This document shows positions 1 to 14,282 of a stretch of DNA of 64,000 bases, one piece after another. A model generated the notes under the pieces. It had not been told where the DNA came from. It worked only from the letters and a program-made list of their open reading frames with translations, and did not search any database. This DNA is from Eledone cirrhosa. Its lineage: Eukaryota. The first letter of the stretch is position 1, and every line of letters begins with the position of its first letter. Where the stretch lies: assembly GCA_964016885.1 (NCBI GenBank), contig OZ024742.1, forward strand, positions 279,558,001-279,622,000. Direction: 5' to 3'. The position numbers and the translations under genes were made by a program.

Positions 1-87
1 TGAGCACCACTCTGTTGTAAGCTGACATTCCCCTACACGGTACATAACACTGTGTCCTGGAAAACCTTAATGCACTCGTGGATAACC

Positions 88-257
<170 letters not shown>

Positions 258-399
258 GGGGGATTCCCGGTTGGTATCGAGAGGTGGTCAGAGTTAAAAA
301 AAGGTACTCAATATGTTAGTAGAGTATAGATAATTTTATTTTATATCGAAATAACTTCCACGGGACTAATGTTTCACTCGTGATTTCATCAGAATGTTC

Positions 400-577
<178 letters not shown>

Positions 578-613
578 CTTTCTCTTTATATAAATACACA
601 CACATACACACAT

Positions 614-660
<47 letters not shown>

Positions 661-662
<2 letters not shown>

Positions 663-997
663 GATATTAACAAATGGAAACTATATTTATAAAACCATAT
701 CTATTTCATTATACATATTTCAAGGACACCAACGGGAGCTTCCAATAGTAATGGTTGCATTATTTAAGGGTATGTCAATATTTATTTATAAAACTGCTCT
801 ATATTATATTTTATCTGATGAACGCACACCATAATTTAACTTGGTGTCCTTGAAATATGCATAATTAAATAAATATGGTTTTATAAATATAGTTTCCATT
901 TGTTAATATCGTATTTTTACTCCAATTATTTGTTGAGTGGTTTATATCAGTTATAAAAATGGTTGTTTGTATAACATCAATTTAAATAGAACTTCTA
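661..997. mobile_element. Short non-coding PLE pLTR-derived insertion, inverted pair with 3' ends facing out
   Basis: 661-700 (acgatattaacaaatggaaactatatttataaaaccatat) is the reverse complement of 873-912. The same family occurs at 38802-41545 and 55582-56987. Flanked by (TA)n. Confidence 0.7.
809..866 (+). ncRNA. Degenerate minimal type I hammerhead ribozyme
   Basis: ttat-CTGATGA-acgcacacca...tggtgtcctt-GAAA-tatgc-ataa. The cleavage-site region is mutated relative to the copies at 38853 and 55717. Confidence 0.5.
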
Positions 998-1029
998 CAT
1001 ATATATGTATATATATATATATATATATA

Positions 1030-1069
<40 letters not shown>

Positions 1070-2711
1070 TATGTATATGTACATACAAATATGTATACAG
1101 GCGTACAGTAGTATGTATATACATACATACATACATGCGCACACATATATATATATAGAATTCCCAAGAATCAAAGCTATGTTCAAAGCATTTATTCACT
1201 TACAATTGTTTCATCCAAACCTAGGCTTGGTGTCTTCGGAGCATTTTTCAATGTTTGTACACATAATTGACCTCCTTTCCAACGCAAGAGACATACAGAT
1301 ACATATATATGTATTTTTGTAGAGTGGAGTGGCATATATTATACTATACAATTTTTGTACAGCAATTCAAATTCAAAATCAAAATCAAAATTAAAATACA
1401 TTTGGCAGATAACACAGATAATGCAAGAGGATAGTCTGATAGTCAGATTTAGTAGGTAGTGTATGCGTTAGTTACACGTGGCGCATGCAAGTGTGTCTCA
1501 TTTTTATACTATTATTGTGTGGCAGGGTGTTACACGTAATGCAAGTACTTTAAGCGGGTAAGCAAGATAATTATGTTGGTTGTAGTGGTAAGGTATTCTT
1601 TGTATAGAACAACAAAGTATGTGTGCAGAAAAATAAAAATAAAAAGAAGAAGCAAAAGAAAGTAATGGTTTTCGTATCCACCATCATTTTCACATTCAGA
1701 AGACGAAAGATATGTTTCTACATCCATCACATAAGTAAAGATGATTCCGTATTGAATGTTTGATGCATTAAAATAAATTATTTTAGCGTATTGAAGCTCA
1801 GTATTATTTATTCCAAGTTTTTAGAATAGGTTGATTCTGCTGCGAGAATTTACAGCGGTTTATTACCCGGAAGTATGTGTGTAATTAAGGGGAGTTAATG
1901 CGTAAGGGGAGGTAGCTAGTCGAATCTCATAACTAAATTCATTGTTCTAACCTACATTATAAAGCGCCTCAATTGAGTCCCTTATATAGACGGTTATACA
2001 TTTATATCTAGTTTCCAATTTTAAATACAGTCTACTCTATCATGATGTACTAAAGGTATCTATATTAAGTTGATTTCTCCCTATTATATAGTGCTACAAT
2101 TGAATATTCCATACAAAGTGCCATACCTTTATATCAATGTTCACTGTAAATGCAGTCTACTCTTAGAACATATCAGGGGACCTATTAGAATTTTGTCTAC
2201 ATAAACCCTGGCAAGTTATGGAGCAGCGTATGGCTGTTTGCATGGCAAAACAAAATACATCTCTAGGGCAGACAAATACATCCCTCATTTACAATGTCAT
2301 TAATCTATCCATCAAGTTATACTTGCATATATAATCCATATATAATTCATACATAATTCATTGCAGCGCCCTACATATAAGTTATACAGATCTCTTATGT
2401 TAATAAATTAATCCTATATATATCCAATGTTATCACTCCATACATTTAATTACAAATGCTTAAATAATTCATTGCCGTATCCAGTATTTAAAGTTTATAT
2501 AGCCAGTATTGTATCATTATATAATTATAAGTAATTGAAAGTAGTTATATTAAAAGTAGGTGTTTATGGGGATATTTCTAGGGTATAAAGTTATAGATAG
2601 ATGGAATGATTTGTGTCGAGATAGGGTGGATCAGAAAGTGTGGAGTTGTGGTGTAATGTGTGCCCTTGAGGTGTGGAGTTAGAAGTGGTGATGGGTTCAA
2701 GTCCGACATTG

Positions 2712-3620
2712 TTATATATTGGGTTTAAAGTTTTTGAAGGAGGGCCGGAAGCGGTGCTGGCACGACGCAAACACTTCCCATATTTTTTTATTAAGGAGGT
2801 TATGGTTTGAGAAGATTATAGTATGGGTCTCTAGTAGACAGAGGTTACAGAATTTATTAGGTGGTTTATACGATGCAGCCTTACCTATCAGTTCCCATTG
2901 AAGTGTATAAGATCTATTTCTAGCTGTTAGATAGTGTATGTAGCTAGATAGTGAAGTGGAGTTGGCTAGACTGTGTTTTTTGAAAGAATGGAGGTGTGAA
3001 TTGTATCTGGTTTTGAAGCAGTTCGAAGTAGAGCCCATATAGGTTTCAGAAGAGTGGCTAGTTCTGACGGTGCATGAGTATATCATGTCCTTGATTAAGC
3101 AGTTTTTATCTAAAGGGCAAGTTCTATTAGATCTACAGTTACAATTATTTTGGATGTTAACCTGCCGGTTATTATGTTGTGTAGAAGTCTGGTTGCTAGG
3201 TATTGCGTTATGGCTATGGGGGTAGTCGCTCCTAGCGTTATTGCTTTCACTATTCCTATTACTATTATTACTATTGATATTAGGGTTTGCAGGTATTACG
3301 TTGTTTTGAAGGTTTACCCCCTGCTGTGTTTTAGTTTGTTGGAAGTAATTATTAATTTTTCTTTTATTGCTACTAGCTATGTGGTATGCTATGTTAGGCG
3401 TGGTAGAGTAGGAGATTTTAATGGTGTTTTTACTTATAAGACTATGGTACTTGTGGCCAGATGGGAAGTTTTTTTTATCTAGGAGTGAGAAGAAAGCCTT
3501 AGGTAGGTTGGAAGAGACGTTTAGATTGAAAGGGGGTTGAAAAATGTATTATTTCTTCTTCTATTTTTGTTATTTTTATGTCTGCTGAGTTGCTTCCGTT
3601 TATGGTATTTTGGTGTCCTC
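2712..3620 (-). pseudogene. Penelope-like element 3' fragment (linker plus C-terminal GIY-YIG endonuclease)
   Basis: PPFNLNVSSNLPKAFF linker, CNCRSNRTCPLDKNCL, MIYSCTV...YMGSTSNCFKTRYNSH, CNLCLLE...LLNKK. Frameshifted upstream. Confidence 0.85.
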
Positions 3621-3772
3621 ATTGGTGTGGGTTACGTTTGTTGCCACCCTTCGTACTAGTGTGTGTGTGGTTATTATTTTTATTACTATTTTTCCTCATG
3701 GACATATTGTGCGAAATAATGTTGTAACTATGTGTTTTTATAGGTAGGAACTCGATAGGTAGGAACTCGAAG

Positions 3773-4849
3773 AAGTATGTATACGTACATACATATATGT
3801 ATACAGACGTACAGTAGTATGTATATACATACATACATGCACATATATATATATAAGTATGGGTTTACCGAACATTTATTATAATGTTCGGTTTGTTTGT
3901 AAACTCACTCGATATGCAAATCAGGCTGCTCAGCCGTTAATATGCATAAGGAAAGTATATACTTTCAAACGTTCAATCTACTGACAGGAAGGTATACGGT
4001 GATGATGACAGCTAATGGTGCAGTGCACCTTACTGCTTCATTAGTGCGGTGAAACTCGAGTCGGTATACTATTATAGGTACCCGTTTTACGTGTGTTGTA
4101 TTGAAACGAATAACTATGTGTATACTCTGGGAATGCATCTCACATTGCCCATGAAGTACGCTGAGATACAACCGGTCTTGGCATTGATAAATATGGTAGG
4201 TCCGTCAACTCATTATTATATATATATATAGAAAATCTTCAACTTCGCATTCTCCTCTTTATTAATATACGCCGCCTTCCTTGTTTTAGGAAGTAATTTG
4301 ACGTGGAGTGCTAGTAGTGAATTGCAACTTTGTATACCGATTATATATATATGTATATATATATGAATATATATATAAATATATATATATATAAACGGAA
4401 AAAATGAAACGATATTTCATTTCCCACTCTTAGTACGGCTGTTACTTAAATATAAGTATGTACACGTACATACATATATGTATACCGACGTACAGTAGTA
4501 TGTATATATATATATACATACATGCACACATATATATATGCACGTATGGATTCACCGAACATTTATTATAATGCTCGGTGTGTTTGTAAACAAACATCCC
4601 GTATTAAGCCGTAGTGTCTAGCAACCACCGTTGCTCGTTTGTTCAACACTGACAAAGGAACGCTGTACTAGTTTCAAGCTTGTTAGCTATCGTCAGCAAC
4701 GTATACCTTCCTGCCAGATTGTTGAACGTATATACTTACCTTATGCATATTAACGGCTGAGTAGCCCAATTTGCATATCGAGTGGGTTAATCGGCCGGGT
4801 GCACCGAAAACGATGAACGGAAAAAAATGAAACGATATTTCATTTCCCA

Positions 4850-4851
<2 letters not shown>
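3773..4851. repeat. Rearranged small non-coding repeat family carrying a hammerhead
   Basis: 3912-4015 is roughly the reverse complement of 4683-4781. Direct repeats start at 1067/3773/4454 and at 4393/4816. Confidence 0.55.
4660..4702 (-). ncRNA. Minimal type I hammerhead ribozyme
   Basis: Minus strand reads acgttg-CTGACGA-tagct aaca agctt-GAAA-ctag-TA-cagcgt, with a palindromic stem III. Confidence 0.75.
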
Positions 4852-4932
<81 letters not shown>

Positions 4933-5059
4933 ATATATAGAGAGAGGGAGAGAAACAGAAAGAGAGAGTGTGTGTTTGTGTATGTGTGTGTGTGAGTTGG
5001 AATATACCAGTTTCAGTCTAGTAAGACCATTGTTCAGCAGAGTACTTGATACAACACCA

Positions 5060-5190
5060 GTGATGGGCCCGAATAATGAATGGCAAAGTTGTCCTCAGTA
5101 GAATTTGATCTCAGAACGTAAAAAGCAACCACTAACACTACAAAGCATTTTATCGTACTTCCAAATGATTCTGCGAATCCACCACTCTAT
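5060..5190 (-). mobile_element. Degenerate tRNA-derived SINE
   Basis: Similar to the 8130-8310 copy (atgaatggcaaagttg...gaatttgatctcagaacgtaaa...gccaatccacc-like end). Confidence 0.55.
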
Positions 5191-5949
5191 ATAATGATGA
5201 TAGCAATGGCAGCGAGGTCATATCATGTGAGTCATATGTGAGTACATTTCAGATAAACTGCACAATAGGTGGAGGAAAGTCAATATATTATACTAAGTAT
5301 ATCTTTACTTTTGTAACTTATTTTTCAGCAGAAATGAAAAAAAAAAAAACTTATGAAAAATTATGTGTTGACGTCACAAGGAAATATAAGCTATGTCATA
5401 AATATTTTGTTCATTTTACGTTATAATCGAAATATATGCAATATTCAGAATTCTATAAATAACATTACAAATATTCACAAAGTTCGCTTAAAAACCATTG
5501 ATGATTACATAAATATGAAAAACCACTATATAAGCAAAATTATGTAATGAGAAAATGGGGAAGAGGTAAAGAACAGCACATCTGGCTGTATGGGAAAGTA
5601 GAGGAAAGGATTATGAAAGCCATACATGAGAGGAAAATGAGAGCAAAAGCAGGACTCTAGTGTCACAGAAGAAAGGAAGGTGGAATAGGAGAGGTTGATG
5701 GGTTCTGGGCCTAGGGCATAGCGGTGTTAGTTCTGCGCCATACAGACAAAACTGCAAAATCATTTCTGCGGACAATGGCCTGCGACACCCGCTACAACTC
5801 TCACCCCACCTTGCGGGGCCTTTTCCTCGAGAGGGCTGCTGACGTTGCGAACTTGCGGAGCAGCTTGGCAGTACGAGATCCGATGATGCCTGTGATCTCG
5901 ACGACACCGGTGCTAAAAGGAAGCGGCCGGACAACCCCAGCATTTATTT

Positions 5950-6500
5950 ATCTTCCTTTCCTCTACATTACGAGCCGCGCTACCGGGGTTGGTGGCCGAA
6001 GCGACTAAGTTGAAGATGAAGAACGTGTTACAACATGTCGTCCCAGATGAGGGACCTACCTCCTTCGAATAGGAAGGGGATTACTCCGTCGGCGCGCTTG
6101 CCGTCTCCGCTTTTGAGCTCTGCTGGTTCCAGTTGTGATGGGAAGACAGCTGCGTCCATGCTCCTTTTCAATACGTTGTTGAGAGCAGCATGTCGGGGAA
6201 AGCGGCCTGCGTTTTGATGGCATGATTGTAGGTGCAGGTCAAACTTGTCAACGACACCACACAACGTCATTTATGTGGCTTACACACGCGGAAGCCGAAC
6301 GTAGGGCTACTCCGATGCGAGTGCACTCGTCATCAAGAAAGGTACCGGTTGATGAGGAGGACACCGAGCCGAACCACGCATCGTTTTTGGCTGTGAACCG
6401 ATCGGCGGCAGGTGAGGCGGTATTAGTCCAAGGCAGACTCAATCAGTCTGGAGGAACACTTGCATTTGATGTCGTCCCAGTTAAGTTGGATATTTCCACC
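5950..6500 (-). pseudogene. CRE-clade non-LTR retrotransposon remnant (CCHC finger plus restriction-like endonuclease region)
   Basis: DAWFGSVSSSSTGTFLDDECTRIGVALR and HLQSC...GRFPRHAALNNVLKR...LEPAELKSGDGKRADG...LIWD match the RH-N / LEP-GL-R-DGKRPDG-x-WD pattern of CRE-type RLE domains. Confidence 0.75.
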
Positions 6501-6749
6501 CTGTGAACGTCTATCCCGGCTCTCCGCCGCATAGGCGTCCAGTCCCCGTAGACGCCCTCCTGTATAACATGATTCACACAGGCTGCTGCGCCAGTGCGTC
6601 TGGCATATTTCCGCACGTCTTCCCAACTCGACGGTGGTGTCTGGCTCAACGCACATCCATAACGTGCAACAGGCACTCAGCTGGAAAGCGACTGCTCACG
6701 CATCAGTGTTTTCGTGATGCTGAAATATGCCTTTGCTGAAAAAGACACA

Positions 6750-7760
6750 GGTATTAGATTCCAGCTTCTAACTCGTGGCGAACTCATCAACGCTTTAATG
6801 CTAGGATGCATCTACGTATCAGCATCATTCACGATCTTCTTATCGCTGTTGACGCTGCATTTATGGTAACATCTTGAAGGAAGCTTAGTAATGCGGGCTT
6901 ACGATCAGCATATATAAAATAAAGGTGATCTACCAGCAGTGTTCTACGCCCGAATATATTCAAGGTGTGAAACAGAAACCGCTAGTTCACCAGTTCCTAG
7001 ATATTCTTAGAAAGTTTGAAGGGAAGAATATCAACTATATGAAATATTTAACACATCTTGGCAGTCAGGTGAACTCAAATACATCCCTCAATAACGGGAT
7101 AAATAATCGTATTGCGGCAGATACGATAGCATTTGGCAAATTACGTCATCGCCTTCGGAATGAAAGGCGCATAAAACTGAAAAGCAAGATGCAGATTTTA
7201 AAGCGGTTATACTGTCTACATTCTCATATGGATCAGAATCTTGGACTCCATATACGTCATGCACCAATCAACTAGACATCTTTAATAAAGCGTGTCTTCG
7301 GACAATCTCTGAGTAAATACTGGAAGACAAAATATTTAATGCTGACCTTTTCGCTAAGCGGAAAATTGGAAGCATTGAGATCTTATTAAATTCCAACTAT
7401 GCTCGGCTGGTCATAAAATCTCCAAAAGAATAACAAATGTGCAGCCACTTAGATATATAAATGTTGGACGGCCATGGCTTACGTACAAAGACAGGCTGAA
7501 GAGTAATCTTTCTGCAACCAATATAACTTATGAGACATTTGAGCAAGTGCCCTTGGAGCAGAAGGACCGAAGATCTGTGTGTCAAAATGGGATCAGGAAC
7601 TTCCATTTCATTTGTATCCATAGGTTACAAGAATTAATAGAGAGGAGAAAAGCATTTTCAAACATATCAGCAATATAATTCAGTAAATCTCACCTTTGCA
7701 CTATCTGTGGACTTGCTTGCAAATCTTTTGTCATTCCCGGCATAAACATCATAACTTATT
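6750..7760 (+). pseudogene. RTE-clade LINE remnant (RT C-terminal half)
   Basis: HLGSQVNSNTSLNNGINNRIAADTIAFGKLRHRL and GRPWLTYKDRLKSNL resemble RTE/BovB-type ORF ends. Many stops and frameshifts. Confidence 0.7.
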
Positions 7761-8129
7761 AAACTGAATAGGTTGTACGCATCCTCATACGCCGAAATCT
7801 ACGGGAGTCCATAAGAATGCATACACCAGCCCTCCCCACACACACACATATACACATATACATGAATATTGTATGTATATATGTATGTATGTACGTGCGT
7901 GCAGTGGCGGACTAGGTCTGAAAATATTGGTTGCCAGGAGATGAAGGGGGGGGGGGCACCTACATATAGAATGCTACCATTTAATTTTCATAATAAATAA
8001 ATAACATTTTCAAAAAATACATAAGTGGAAACAAAACAGTGCAATCAAATTATCGCGGGAAAATATCCTATCTTCTCCAATAAAAAAATATGTATTTTGC
8101 GAAATCTAGAGACTTACAATAATTGTTTC

Positions 8130-8310
8130 CATCTTTGGCACAAGGCCATCAATTACCCAGTACATTACTGGTAATTTAATTTATCGACCCCGTAAGGATG
8201 AAAGGCAAAGTTAACCTCGGCGGGATTTGAACTCAGACCGTCAAGGGATGTAAATATGCTGGAAAGCATGGCGTCCGACCCTCTACCGATACTGCCAATC
8301 CACCGCCCTA
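8130..8310 (-). mobile_element. tRNA-derived SINE
   Basis: Minus strand has a head with GAGTTCAAATCCC B-box and the central ctttgcctttcatccttacggggtcgataaa...taccagt domain shared by about nine copies in this window. Confidence 0.8.
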
Positions 8311-8403
8311 CAATAGACTTACAATAATGACCAGAAGTCAACCCTATATATTATTAATATCTCTAGGAAAACCATGAAAAACACCACATCTATTTAACTT
8401 TGA

Positions 8404-8714
8404 TTTTGAAAGTAGGTTTATAATCATCAATTTTCATTATAACTTTGTAGCTGTCTCGGCGGCTAAGATGGAGTAATCATAGACGGTGGTGATCCTGGTC
8501 TGAAGTTCGATCCTGGTTGGGAGTAGGGTTCCCGGTAAACCTTTTTAGCTTTTTCTATTGGTTGTAAAATAAAACTGAAAAGGTTACGTGTACCTCTTGA
8601 CCAGAGATAGAACCCAAGGCCAGGATCTCCACCGTCTCTAGTAGCTACCACTAGGCCACAGAAACGACTACGAATATCTTATGAAAATTCATACTTATAA
8701 ACCTGCTTTCAAAA
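8404..8714. repeat. Imperfect palindrome of two convergent tRNA-like heads
   Basis: 8404-8546 is roughly the reverse complement of 8577-8714. A-box-like tggcctagtgg and B-box-like gttcgatcc / ggttctatct motifs. Confidence 0.55.
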
Positions 8715-9443
8715 TGTTCAAGACAAAATGTTGTTGTGTCTTTCTTAATATTATTGCTCCTACTTAAGGTCGATTTCTAAGCTTTAGAGTTAGTAGAATG
8801 TATAACCACTGATTCCAGCTATTTGCACTATCGAATATTTTGGTTTCTAGTAATTCCCTGGGGAATTGGTTGACTAAATGCGTTGCTTAATTGTTTAATT
8901 TTTTTTTTTAAATGTTATTCTTTTTCTTAGATTTCAGGTATATTTTGAAAGCAAAGTATTGATTGGCCCCTAAAATACGAGAGTGGGCCCTGCAATGCTA
9001 CTTTGGGCTCTTGCAAGCTGCCAAACCTGTCCACATGTGTGTATGTGTGTATGTGTATGTGTATGTTAGCGTGTATATAATGTAAATGTATACATGTACT
9101 ATAAATGAAAATCTGTTACCTGAAATATAACATATACTTGCATGGATCCGTATTAAAGATGGAGAGAAAGAGTAAACGAATGTTTATGTGACTGGGTGAA
9201 TGCGAGAACATGTATGTGGTAGAGTACGTGGCGATTTAGTAAATGTACTCATATTATATTTAATTCCTCATATAATGAAATTATAAACCATGAATTTACA
9301 ATTAGATAAACCCTCATATAATATTACGTTGACTCCTACTCCGCACACAATGATTCATGCGGACCTTTTCAAACACAAATACACGCAGATGTATGCATTT
9401 ATCCATATATACACATAATTTTACTTACGCTATACATACACTA

Positions 9444-9479
<36 letters not shown>

Positions 9480-9538
9480 TAATACATATATATATACATA
9501 CATTGATTATATATATATATGTATATCACATATACATA

Positions 9539-9583
<45 letters not shown>

Positions 9584-10054
9584 GTGTAGATACCACATAT
9601 TATTTAAGTCTTGCCGCAACTAACAAGCTCATATACACATACATACACACAAGAAGAGACACATGTACATGCATAAGTACCTAGAAGCAGGCATAGATTC
9701 ATGTACACGCACCCGCACAGACATACACATACACACACATACGTACAAACACAAGAAACGATTAGAATTATAATTATCTTTCTACTACGCTTTCTATTTT
9801 CTCGTTTTATATTTGATTTAAATTAGCAGCTGGTGACATTAAAACATGGTGTCGTATGTCGTGATTATGGTTACAAAGGTCTGTGTTTACGTAAACCTGC
9901 CATCTAGCTATATTTAACTTCCGATTCTGGTAAACTACTTGTTAAATTTAAGTACATTGTTACATTCAGGTCAATGTTTTTACGATTAGATTTCATGCTG
10001 ATTGTTGGTATATCTTAAATATCTTTTGTATTTTACTTCAGAAAGCAATGACAG

Positions 10055-10232
10055 CTAAGGTCTTACGATCATAACGTCGTGGGATCGACTCCCTGACTAG
10101 GCATCACGCGGGGTCTTCTTGAGCAAAACACTTAAACCCCTGTTGTTTCAGTGCATTACGCTGTAACTAAGTATCACCGGTACCACAGCGTAATTCTGTA
10201 ATGGACTGGGCTCGTATCCAAGGAAGGAGTAA
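10055..10232 (+). mobile_element. Second tRNA-derived SINE family
   Basis: B-box-like gggatcgactccc, central cttgagcaaaacacttaa motif and gtaatggactgg...tccaagg motif typical of metazoan SINE bodies. Confidence 0.5.
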
Positions 10233-10379
10233 AAAATATATAAAACACCTTTGTGGTCTTAAAGATGGAAGAGAAGTTTAAGACAAGAAAGAAGAGGGGG
10301 CACAACAGTGAATAGATAGTCGTTGAAGAGTCACAGAATGCGTGACGAATGAACATTGAATAACGAGCAATAGAGATAA

Positions 10380-10453
<74 letters not shown>

Positions 10454-10840
10454 AAGGGGTGTCTAGTAGCTGTGAGTGAGATAAATAGTTATATACCCAT
10501 ACATACGTTGAAACTTACGTACATACAAACATGCATACATGCATCAAATACATCAATAGGTATATACATTCATAGCTCGAAAGAGGGAAAAACTGATTAA
10601 TATACATTAATATAATGTTTAAATTGATGGAGCTTTCACCTTTGCATTCATATAAGTGAACTTTGGAAGGTTGAAAGGGACTTTGATGTCAAAATCCTCG
10701 CCGTCTAGACCTCATAATAGAAGACATTTAGTAACTTGCAGACATTGATTTTGTATTGTTTCTATAAACATATCTATTCATATATAAATACATATGCACA
10801 AACACACACAGACACACACACACACACACGCACGCACACG

Positions 10841-10909
<69 letters not shown>

Positions 10910-10956
10910 GTATATATATATGCGTGTGTGTATGTATATATATATATGTATGTGTT

Positions 10957-10988
<32 letters not shown>

Positions 10989-11135
10989 CATATGCATGCA
11001 TCTTCTAAGTATAACCTATTGCTAAATGTTAAACAATTAAACTAGGTTCACAGTCGGGCATTCGATCATGCATAAGATATATAAACCATGATGTAGACAT
11101 GCACACATATATACTCATATTTACATCTAGATATT

Positions 11136-11278
<143 letters not shown>

Positions 11279-11281
11279 TTG

Positions 11282-11353
<72 letters not shown>

Positions 11354-11402
11354 TATATTTCTATATATATATATATATTTGTATATATTATATATATATA
11401 TT

Positions 11403-11435
<33 letters not shown>

Positions 11436-11503
11436 TTTCGCCTTTCCTACCCGCCGAAATGCGATTCTCGCTGAATCTACATTTGTATATATATACATAA
11501 ATA

Positions 11504-11719
<216 letters not shown>

Positions 11720-12239
11720 ATTTATATATATATATATTTATATATAATCTTAGTAAACCAATTATCGGTAATTCTAGTCCATTGAAACATTTTCCGGTCA
11801 ATAAATTCTCAATTGAAGATCCTATAAAGTTTGAAACTTTTTTCCTTTGACCACAGCACAAATATATATTCTTTACGCAGGCATGGTTTAGTGATGAGGT
11901 TTGCTTCAAAATAATAGAATTTGAAGGTTCTATCCCAATAGGTTTCACATTTTGTCCAGTCTCTTTTACCCTGCTCTTGGTAGGTTCAAACATTTTCACT
12001 GTAATTCAGTAGATCGAAACTATGTGACACCATGTCGACTAGGCACCCTTAATTGTTGCTTTCACACTCATGACATATTGCATGCATAGTCCCCTAACTT
12101 TTGATGGAGTCCTAGGGGCAGCTAGGTGGTGTTTGTAGGGAATTTCAAGCCAAACGGAGCCCTCTCTCACCGAGCCTTAATAAAGCAGATTTCTATCAGA
12201 GTAGGATAGAAAGTGTGGGCTAGGCGTTGAGAAAGCGAT

Positions 12240-12410
12240 ATAAATGAAAATTCGACCACAGTACTAAGCTGGTACATTTTTATCGATGTTGAATGGTTGA
12301 AGAGCAAGGTAGACCTCGGCGTGATTTGAACTGAGAGAGCAGATAATAGGAACAAAAATTACAAAGCATTCCATCCTACATTCTAATAAATATGCCAATT
12401 TGTCACCTAT
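12240..12410 (-). mobile_element. Degenerate tRNA-derived SINE
   Basis: ctggtacatttttatcga...gacctcggcgtgatttgaact matches the SINE family. Confidence 0.55.
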
Positions 12411-12712
12411 CTTATGCCAGGCTAATTCAGCTTAGGAGTTTACCTTAACAATAATCTTGTTTGTAATATACTCAGTCCCTTATTCAATAAGAAATCATGG
12501 ATTACTCCTGTAATTCAAACATTTTAGCATTTATGTCATTACTCGTTTAACCTGGGATATATGTTAAATGTAGCGGTGTCTGTAAAACCACAACGGAATA
12601 TAAATAGACCAAACATGCATACGCCTACAAATATAAGCTTATTTGCACACAATTACTTAATGGAAACAATCCATGTACTGTACCGATTCTCTTGTTATTT
12701 CTGTTTACCTTT

Positions 12713-12832
<120 letters not shown>

Positions 12833-12959
12833 CGTAAAAGGTAAACAGAAATAACAACAGATGTGAGAAAAACCACAGACCCTCCATCTCAACTCTACTT
12901 TTAAAAAGCAGAAGAAGTGCGAAACCGGTAAATGAACCAAATAAAAGTATATATATTTT

Positions 12960-13075
12960 TTAAAAAATAAGACTCCGGTTGCATTTTCGATTTCATCTTT
13001 TTTTCTTTATAATTCACTCGTGTAGGACACCTCGGTTATTTTTTCATTTTGTAAAAAAACGTCACTTTCTAATAT
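12960..13075 (+). repeat. Short dispersed repeat, same family as 54565-54805
   Basis: aataagactccggttgcattttcgatttcatc...gtaggacacctcgg...tcactttctaatat is nearly identical to 54695-54805 and ends in (TA)n. Confidence 0.75.
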
Positions 13076-13340
13076 ATATATATATATATATATAAATATA
13101 TATATGATGAGTATATTTTTCAAAATGCGAGTGAGTTAGAAAATTAGAAGTAGACGCTTTCGCTGTATATTTGACTAAATGCATATATATATATATATAA
13201 ATTAATATGTATGTGATGAAACACAGATACCAACACATCTGTATATATATTGCAAAAGAAAAATTTGTATATATATTGCAAAAGAAAAATTTAGCCAGAT
13301 TGAAGTATACTAATTATTATACTACAGTTTGTCCATATCG

Positions 13341-13410
<70 letters not shown>

Positions 13411-14099
13411 TATATATGCATATTTTTTTTCCTGAACAATGAAAGAATAAAAGAACGAAGATATGTGATAATTAATCTATTGTTATATGAAAAAGAAAAG
13501 AATGCGATATTTGTTCTCCAGTGTAAATCTAGAAATGCTAGTAGAATATCTGAGATAGCCCAGTGGTAAAGACGTGCTTATCGAAGCAAATGGAGGAGCT
13601 TTACTTTGCCACGGTCATTTCTGTTAAGGGAAACAATCGTAAAACAAGATTATTTGTTCATTGTTTAAAATAATATACTTGAATCTCTAAGATATAGCAT
13701 TCTATATCCATTTAATATATATAAGATAACTATACGATGCAATGTGTAGCTGTGAGAAGGCAGACTACTGATAAACAAACATACATGATGCCTGATAATG
13801 TAGCCAAACAATCTGGAATGAACTATGCAATACGAAAATAATAAACAAACAAATAGGGAGGAATATGTTTAGATTGATGCCTCAAAGGAATACTGGTGGA
13901 ACCTAAACACACAAAGTACCACAAATTAGAACAGCCTGTATTTGCTCTTTGGGACAACGCATAAAAAAAAAACATCCCCTGTTGTAGATTCAGCCGCCCA
14001 CTCGATATAAATATAGTCAGAAATATACAAAAGAAGGGAGATACCTAATGACTACTAATGAGGAGTTTGTAGTACCCAAGAAACAAGTTCAGCTCCACA

Positions 14100-14282
14100 C
14101 ATGGATTGGCAGTATCGGTAGAGGGTCGGACGCCAAGCATAGAGTTACGGCTCTTGCCATTCGGAGTTCAAATCACGCCGAGGTTAACTTTACCTTTCAT
14201 CCTTACGGAGTCGATAATATACGGTACCAGTAATTCACTGGGATAATTGCTGGCCTTGTACCAAAAATAGAAACAATTATAT
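14100..14282 (+). mobile_element. tRNA-derived SINE
   Basis: ggattggcagtatcggtagagggtcggacgcc...gagttcaaatc...cctttcatccttacggagtcgataa...taccagt...ggccttgtaccaaaaatagaaacaatt. Confidence 0.8.

Larger units (their letters stand above)
7902..9034. mobile_element. Possible old hAT-type non-autonomous element containing nested inserts
   Basis: Left end cagtggcggactagg. gggccc motifs and a degenerate ...ctgtccac near the right end. Termini and TSD are poorly preserved. Confidence 0.3.
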
